A DNA stretch of 64,000 bases from Eledone cirrhosa (taxonomy: Eukaryota): positions 19,964,001 to 20,028,000 of the forward strand of contig OZ024749.1 in NCBI GenBank assembly GCA_964016885.1, given 5' to 3'. The position numbers and the translations under genes are program-made. The notes beneath the pieces are model-generated. The model ran no database searches, was not told where the DNA came from, and was given only the letters and a program-made list of their open reading frames with translations. This document shows positions 60,493-64,000 of this stretch, in pieces; position 1 is the first letter of the stretch; each line of letters opens with the position of its first letter.

Positions 60493-60558
60493 TATTTTAT
60501 GTGACGAGGACGTACTGAAAAAACAGCACAGTACCTTCGAAATATATATAATAAAACA
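60493..60558 (+). ncRNA. Type I hammerhead motif with a fold-back 5' half
   Basis: TATTTTAT-GTGACGA-[GGACGTACTG..CAGTACCTTC]-GAAA-TATATA-TA-ATAAAACA; inverted arm 60461-60484 retains CTGACGA. Confidence 0.65.
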
Positions 60559-60601
60559 CATATTTTGATTATGTGAATGTATTCATTTTTTTAATATTCT
60601 G

Positions 60602-60683
<82 letters not shown>

Positions 60684-62072
60684 GTATATATATGTATATA
60701 TATATATGAAAGAGAGAGCTTTGTATGAAAGTACAAATTTGAATTTAGTGAATGCAATGATGCAAGGTATATTTCACATACAACTCTCCCCCACCCACTC
60801 TACCCTTGCTCCACCATCTGCTATCTGCTGCACATTTAGGAACTTCCGTTGCTAAACATTGCAGCCAGATACAGCGCCATCTGTTGGTGTTGGTGTTGGT
60901 GTTCTCATCCTCCACACTACACCTTTCACATGTGTCCATACACCACCATCACCACCACCACCACCACCACCACCACTACCACCACCACCCCCAAGTGATC
61001 CACTCTTTCACTCCGTCTACTCCCTCAGTCTACCCCAACCTTCACCCTCCACCCACCTACTCCACCTTCACATTACAGATCCCACCCTACCTCCCTCACC
61101 ATTCCCCTTCCGCCTTCCTCCTCCTCCACCTCTCACCACTCTTCTCCGCTGCATCCCACTCCCCTACCTTCCCCGCTGTCTCCCACTCCCCCTTCCCCGC
61201 TGCACCCCCCTTCCCACTGCTGTTTCGCACTCCTACACCTCACACATACACTTTCTCCTCTGCTTCCCACTAACCCTCCATCTCCAACTCCCTGCCTTCC
61301 CCTATACATCCCATATACCTTTACCCAACCTCCCTCCACCACCCCACCACCTTACCCCCACCACCTTACTTCCACCACCTTACCTCCACCACCTTACCCC
61401 CTGTTTGTGTGTATGTGGATGGAGGGGGCCTAGATGGGATGAAAACATGTCAAATCCGCTGTCTATCAGTCTACCTATTTACCTATCTATCTATCTATCT
61501 ATCTATCTACCTATCTGTGTCTCTCTATCTATCTGTCTGTTTGTCTACCTATCTGTCTATCAGTCTATCTATCTTTGGGTCACTTTTGGAATTCATGCGT
61601 TGTTGTTATTGTTGTTGTCCAAAGATAAATACTTTGGTAAATATACATGAATAGATAGCTATAGGTAGACAGTTAGCTAGATAGCTAGGATGGTCGTGGG
61701 GACAGAGTCTTCAGGCACACCTGCCAGAAGGTTCTATCAAAAGCAACTGTCTACAAATGATCCAGTTGGCTTCCCAAGCTAGACTAACCAAGCTCATGGA
61801 TGCTAGCCAACCATCTTACTCGTGGTCAACCTCTGGGTCTCAGGTCAGTTGGCTTTTTTGCCTGTAAAATCTGTCCAACGATTATCCCCCTTAAACATTC
61901 TAACCACATGTCCATGGTACCAGAGCCGAGATTAACTTTGTTTTACACTCTTCTTGAATGTCACTAAAATAAAGTACTAGTAATGCACTGGGGTCAATTT
62001 AACCAACTTTCCCCTCCTCTCAAAAACTGTGCTCCTTATGCTTATGTTAGAAATCATTATTATTATTATTGT

Positions 62073-63060
62073 TCTTTGAGTCTCAGTCATTGATGTTAGT
62101 TAACTGGAAAGTTTGTTGCAATGAATATCAAGCCACTACCTGCAGCCTCAGATATTCAGGACGTATCGGAGGGTTCTTGCTGTTCCCAGCAAGCATGAAT
62201 TTTGAAGCGTTCCAAAAAGCGTGGCGGAGCCAATTTTCTTTAACCATCCCTGGAAACTTTTTGAGATAGTACCTAGTGCGCCTATACAATCGGGACCACT
62301 TTGACTTCATGGCAGTTCCAAACCCTTTTTACCTCCCACTTTAAGTCCTGGTATCGGTTAATTTTCTCCCTCTCCTTCTCTTGCATTCTCGTGTGGAATG
62401 GGCAGGCCACATCCACAATCAGGCACAATCTTTTTTCTTTGTCAAAAACCACCAGGTCAGGTCTATTGTGTTCCAGTTTCTTGTCCGTCTGTATCCTAAA
62501 ATCCCACAGCACCTACACCTGATCGTTTTCTATCACCGACTCTGGCTTATGCTCATACCACTTCTCAGAATGTGGTAAATTGTTTACTTTGCATAGGTGC
62601 CAGTGGATCACCCTGCCCATCACATCATGTCTCCAGCCCTTATAGTGAGTCTGGGCTAGGTGTTTACACTCGGATACAATGTGAGCCACAGTCTCCTCTC
62701 TCTCTCCACAGATCCTGCACAGTGGGCTAGCCTACTCCTTGTAAATATGGTGTTTCAACCACTTCGTTTTGAGGGCCTGCTCTTGCATGGCCATTAGCAT
62801 TCCTTCTGTAGCCTTTTTAAGGTCTCCTCTTTTCAACCAGTTCCATGTCTGAATTCAGTTTTCTCAAAGAAGGTACTATGAAGAGATTTTTCATGAAGGC
62901 TGCTCTTTCTCCTTCTTGTTATTTCCTCCCTGGACATCCCCTGGTCTATTGTCCTCTCCTTCAGTACAGTTCTGAGCATTGGCTCCTTACTATCAGTCAC
63001 GTATTTGTGTAGGTTGTTTTTCTCCATCTGAACACAATCCTCTATGCTGATAAGACCTCT
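62073..63060 (-). mobile_element. R4/Dong-like RLE non-LTR retrotransposon, 5'-truncated and decayed, in (TAA)n
   Basis: CRICGEREETVAHIVSEC, RHD, WDFRIQTD..HNRPDLVV..IVDVACP..EKINRYQDL (PD..D restriction-like endonuclease); (TAT)n on both flanks. Confidence 0.88.
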
Positions 63061-63083
63061 TATTATTATTATTATTATTATAA

Positions 63084-63275
63084 GGGTGGTGGATTGGCAG
63101 TATTGGTAGAGGGTCGGACGCCATGCTTTGACGTATAGAGTTACGGCCCTTTCCATTCTGAGTTTAAATCCTGCCGAGGTTAACTTTGCTTTTCATCCTT
63201 ACGGGGTCGATAAAATAAAGTACCAGTAATACACTGGGATAATTGCTGGCCTTGTGCCAAAAGTAGAAACAATTA
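63084..63275 (+). mobile_element. SINE family 2
   Basis: Near-identical to 54148-54338. Confidence 0.88.
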
Positions 63276-64000
63276 TTATTATTATTGTTGTCCCCTAACC
63301 TGACTACCTTCCCCACCCCACTGTTGTATGTTTTCTCACATTAAAGGATTTGTTGTTTGACATTTAGACAGTGGTGGCCGTGGTAGGAGAGGGTGAAACC
63401 CTAGAGATAACATGTTCAATGGTTTTCTCTCTCTCCCTCTTTCCTGCTCTCTCTCCCTCTCTCTCTTTTTCATGCTTTCTCTCTTTCTCCCTCTCTCTCT
63501 CTCTCTTTCCCATGCTTTCTCTCATGCTTTCTTTCTTTCTCTCTCTCATGCTCTATCTCTCTCATGCTTTCTCTCTCATTCTCTCTCTCTCTCTCTCTCA
63601 TTTCATCTCTCTCTCTCATGCTCTCTCCCTCTCATGCTCTCTCTCTCTCTCATGCTCTCTCGCTCTTTCATGCTCTCTCATACACTCTCTTACATTCTCT
63701 CTCTCCTCTTCTCTTTCTTTGTTTTTGGTAGTGGTTGTGGTGGGAGGTAAAGTTAGATGGAGGAAGAGCAGTGGTATTTGTAGAGTTGTTATTGAGGGTG
63801 GTGATGTTTTGGTTGGTAGAGGTGGGGGGGGGTATTGGTAGTGGTGTTGATGGTGGTGGTGTTGGTGGTGGTGGTGTTGGTGGTGGTGTTGGTGGCGGTG
63901 GTGTTGGTATTGGTGGTGTTGGTAGTGGTGTTGGTGGTGGTGGTGACAGTGGCGGTGGTGTTGGTATTGGTGGTGTTGGTAATGGTGTTGGTGGTGGTGG

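Overview
Repeat-dominated, AT- and microsatellite-rich eukaryotic (metazoan) DNA, probably intronic or intergenic. The RTE/(GAT)n LINE and tRNA-SINE content suggests a coleoid cephalopod such as octopus (inference only). Almost all long ORFs are non-LTR retrotransposons: many RTE-clade copies from three families (one intact full-length ORF at 44454-47522 with a PHD-like finger after the RT), a Tx1/L1-clade element with an intact ORF2 sitting in a (TATC)n tract, a CR1-like 3' fragment, an R4/Dong-like RLE fragment and RTEX-like fragments. There are also two tRNA-SINE families, piggyBac-type MITEs, several minisatellites and one probable host exon (55839-56055). The most notable unannotated signal is a set of at least 10 type I hammerhead-ribozyme motifs (helix I-CUGANGA-stem II-GAAA-palindromic stem III-UH-helix I). 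They belong to several unrelated short non-coding element families, mostly lie next to (TA)n tracts, and many are folded back into near-perfect DNA palindromes so that both strands carry a ribozyme. They resemble Penelope-like pseudo-LTR/retrozyme derivatives. All alignments and folds were done by eye.
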